Positions 60,801-64,000 of a DNA stretch of 64,000 nt are shown here, in pieces. The position numbers and the translations under genes are program-made. This stretch comes from Blastocystis sp. Blastoise. Lineage: Eukaryota; Protista; Bigyra: Opalinata. The stretch's first letter is position 1; each line of letters begins with the position of its first letter. Under the pieces are notes generated by a model. That model was not told the DNA's origin and did not search any database. It worked only from the letters and a program-made list of their open reading frames with translations. The stretch spans positions 880,499 through 944,498 of the forward strand of contig JBBPEB010000028.1 in NCBI GenBank assembly GCA_039096225.1. Direction: 5' to 3'.

Positions 60801-63186
60801 ATAACTTATTTGTTGTGTAAACTCTATTTTATAAACAATACTATAGTTTTTTAAGTATTTAAATATATTTACTAATGAAATAGAATGTAATCTTTATTTT
60901 ATATATAGTTAATTTTTATTTTTTAATTTTCTTTTTATGAAACAATTATTGATAATATTAATAAAATATGAAACGATTATTGATAATATTAATAAAACAA
61001 AACAAAATTTGAAATAAATAATTTTTATATAATGAAAAGATAGTCTTTTTACAAATTATTTTTTTATGTTTATTTAGATTCAAGCGTAGGCTGGCGTAGC
61101 CAGTCGTGAAACGCTTGTTAATAATTAAAAAGTTATTAATAAAAGAACAGAAAACATGATTTTTGAGTCGTTTTTGATTGGCTCTTTGGGATGACCCCGA
61201 TAAAAATTGTTGACCAGACAATTGGAAAATAAACATGGGGTAAACTTGATTTTTTCTCAATCCCACAATATACGTTATCCGTGTTTATTCTTTATATTTA
61301 TCTATTTTTTAATACTTTTTCATATTGAACACGTGAGGCCTTAACGGTCAAATTTAGATTCTTATTTTGACATGATATTCTGATTCAGGAGGTTCAAAAA
61401 CCTAGGTGTAGCGATTTTGAGCTCCTGAGGACGATTTTTGAGTGATCGATATTTTCATCGATCTTCTTATAATCGACTAATATTGTAGTATTGTAATCAA
61501 TAGGTCATCAAACTACTATAGTTAAAACAGAGTCTTTAAATAATGAGTTTGAGTATGACAATCTTGAAAAATGTGAATTAAGTGGTCTTAGAGGATAAGA
61601 TTCAATATAATGACTTTTATTTAATAAACTAGACTTATAACTCTATACTATGTCAAAAGGAGAGTCAAAATTATGAAGGTCAAAGTGTGTGAGCAAATGA
61701 CAAAATGTGTCTTAAAAAGTAAAAGGGTTTATATATGTGTTTAGAATCATGTATTAAGTCTATTTTATGAATAATAGCTTTAAATAAATAGTTTAAGGTT
61801 GTCAAATTTCAAAGAATGTATAAAACATAGTCTTAGACTTTGAATAAAAAATTTAGAGATATTAATTAGTGTACAGCTATAGTAGCTCTACAACATATCA
61901 AAAGTACAGTTAAAATAATTTTTAGAGACTGCATGTGTGAAGGGTTGTGAGAGTTATCGAATAAATATTTTTCACTCAGTTTGTGCAAAATCGTGTTTTT
62001 GGAACACTGTAGAAAAATTAACTTCAAAAATCAACTCTAAGGGTCTTAATTTTTAAAAATGTGAAAATGATTGACTTAGAGGACGAGATTCAAAATTCCA
62101 TCTCACTTTCATATAACTAGAGCACATACTCTATATTATATCAAAAGGAGGGACGAAAATATTTTGGTCGAAGTAAATGAGCAAATGCAAAAGGTTTATA
62201 AAATGTCTTAAAGTGATCACCAATGTGTAGCTAACGCTATACTGAGTATAGTATGTAAATATTAGCTTATAAAAATGAGTTTAAGTGTGTCAACTTTTCA
62301 TAATGTGTCAAAAAGGGTCTTTAAGACAGAGATTCAAAACATTTACTTTTATTTAATAAATAGTATGATAAACTCTATAGTATATCAAAAGACTGACGGA
62401 AACTGTTTTGATACAGTGGATCTTGAATGGGTAAAGTCTCTTTAAAAGTTACATTTTTGAGTTATTTATGATTAAAATCATTATTTGAGACGAATATAAA
62501 AATATTAACTTTTTAAACCATGTTTTATTAGTCAAAGTTAGAATGAATGCTGACTTTGTTATGATTAAAGCTTTCTAATTCTTTTAAAAAGTATGAAAAT
62601 GAGTTTAAATCATTATATTACGTTTATTTAAATAAATTTTATGAATTAAAAATACTTCAGAGTTCTTCACATTGTGACTCATTTCTAAAGTTATTGACTT
62701 TAAAAACTCACAAAATGTTTAAAACAGTTGTTTAATTACTAATAAATACAAAATATATTTTAAAAATAATAAATAATATGTATAATGATTCAAAATAGTT
62801 TTTTAATTTTCTTTCAAGTATTGTTTTTAGTTTTTTTGATATCATTTAAAGAATTTATTTAATTCTTATATCAGGAATTGAACCTGATTACAATCAATAA
62901 ATGATTGTAACTCTCCATATAGAGTATAAGAAGTGTTATTAAAGTAATATATAATATATAATATATAATAAATAATATATAATATATAATAGATAATAAA
63001 TAATATATAATATATAATAGATAATAGATAATAATATATAATATATAATATATAATAGATAATAAATAATAATATATAATAGATAATATATAATAATGAA
63101 AAAAAGAAAATAAAAGCCAAACTGTTATTATTTTATGCAGCCGCGGTCCGGTGCCGTTAGGCCCCGGACCTGCGGCGTGACCCTAG
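57900..63186 (+). mobile_element. Non-autonomous Helitron, family 1, copy B (5287 bp including a 3-kb nested insert)
   Basis: 5' A|TCATTACTATATATATGAG at 57900; 3' hairpin and CCCTAG|T at 63186. Near-identical to the reverse complement of copy A at 57900-58102 and 61118-63186. Confidence 0.9.
58103..61117 (+). mobile_element. Nested 3015-bp non-coding Helitron-like insertion (family 3)
   Basis: Absent from copy A. Starts A|TCC and ends with hairpin GGCTGGC-GTA-GCCAGTC 12 nt before CTTG|T. Flanked by duplicated TTAATA; internal ~180-bp repeats. Confidence 0.65.
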
Positions 63187-63576
63187 TATGTATGAAGCAA
63201 TTAATAACAAAAAAACATCACAAAGCAATATAATAAAATAATTAACAAAAACAATTTATAAAATAATAATAAAACACCTATAATAAAATGAATTATCATA
63301 AGATTTTCCTTTTTTATTTAATGGCAAACTCTATTTGAAATAATTACTATATATAAATAAATTAACAATAAAGATAATATATATTTTACCTTTTTCTTTT
63401 GATTGAATAAAATTATACCAACTGAATACTATAAAATATAATTAATAATAAATTGTAATGAAATATTTATATACTAACAACGAAAAAATATATATCGATT
63501 TGAACCTTCTTCCAGTTAAAGTGGTCTTACCTATATAAGAAATCAAATAGATTATAGTAATAATTAGAAATTAAAA

Positions 63577-63611
<35 letters not shown>

Positions 63612-64000
63612 CGATTAACATTAGTTTTGCTTCTACTGTTAACAATTCTAATAGTTATCAGAAATCCTATACAATGTATGCTATTAATTTAAAAGAATAA
63701 TAGATTACTGGAAACTCAATTCATTTTTTTCTAGCAATAATAACTATAATATGATTTAATAAACTTAGTTATTAAGAATATACAGCTTTGTTTGATAATA
63801 TAGCATTTACTAAAATAAAATATGAAAACAAAACAATAAATAATAAACACAAAGCAACTTTAATAATAAAAAGATTTATTTTTTGTGGCTAGAAATTATC
63901 AAATAGAAATTGGGAATCCTATTGACACATATTGTGTTTAACTCTGTCATAGCAACTCGTCAGATCGTTTATTATGACGCAGTTTGTTTTATATTCATAT

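Noticed and set aside
60958-61266. 102-aa ORF (and 60416-60634) as a transposase fragment
   Set aside because: It crosses the insertion junction, has a non-ATG start and shows no Rep, helicase or DDE motifs.
52212-63186. One large TIR element (Polinton or foldback) with 2-kb terminal inverted repeats
   Set aside because: No TSD, no coding core, and each arm has its own TC 5' end and hairpin-CTAG 3' end. Two Helitrons explain it.

Overview
Very AT-rich, intron-dense eukaryotic (protist) DNA. Positions 1-50,250 hold 22 tightly packed spliced or single-exon genes traced by hand: panE-like ketopantoate reductase, WTAP/FIP37, TTC14, TFIIA-gamma, RBMX2, Aurora kinase, MTR3, PAT1, WDR55, TANGO6, LLPH, NDUFB4, an AT-hook protein, a Tim17-family protein, RDM1, PDK1, an SPT7L-like protein, LIG1, CWC15, PAM16, gamma-SNAP and CutC, plus one hypothetical gene. 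Positions 50,250-64,000 contain no intact host gene and are filled by nested non-autonomous Helitrons, two of which form a giant inverted repeat. Small introns, AT-AC minor introns and presequence-bearing mitochondrial proteins suggest an AT-rich Blastocystis-like stramenopile, but this is inference. Main observations: (1) the GC-rich word TCCCGCG occurs 13 times, 11 of them in exons, in several frames and on both strands, using otherwise avoided codons; (2) most introns are bracketed by self-complementary (AT)n runs with no polypyrimidine tract, some are pure GT(AT)nAG and one is a tandem 20+20-nt pair; (3) two U12-type AT-AC introns; (4) an RDM1 homologue; (5) a nested Helitron cluster. Most short ORFs in the supplied track are microsatellite artefacts. 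All protein calls come from recalled motifs, not database searches.
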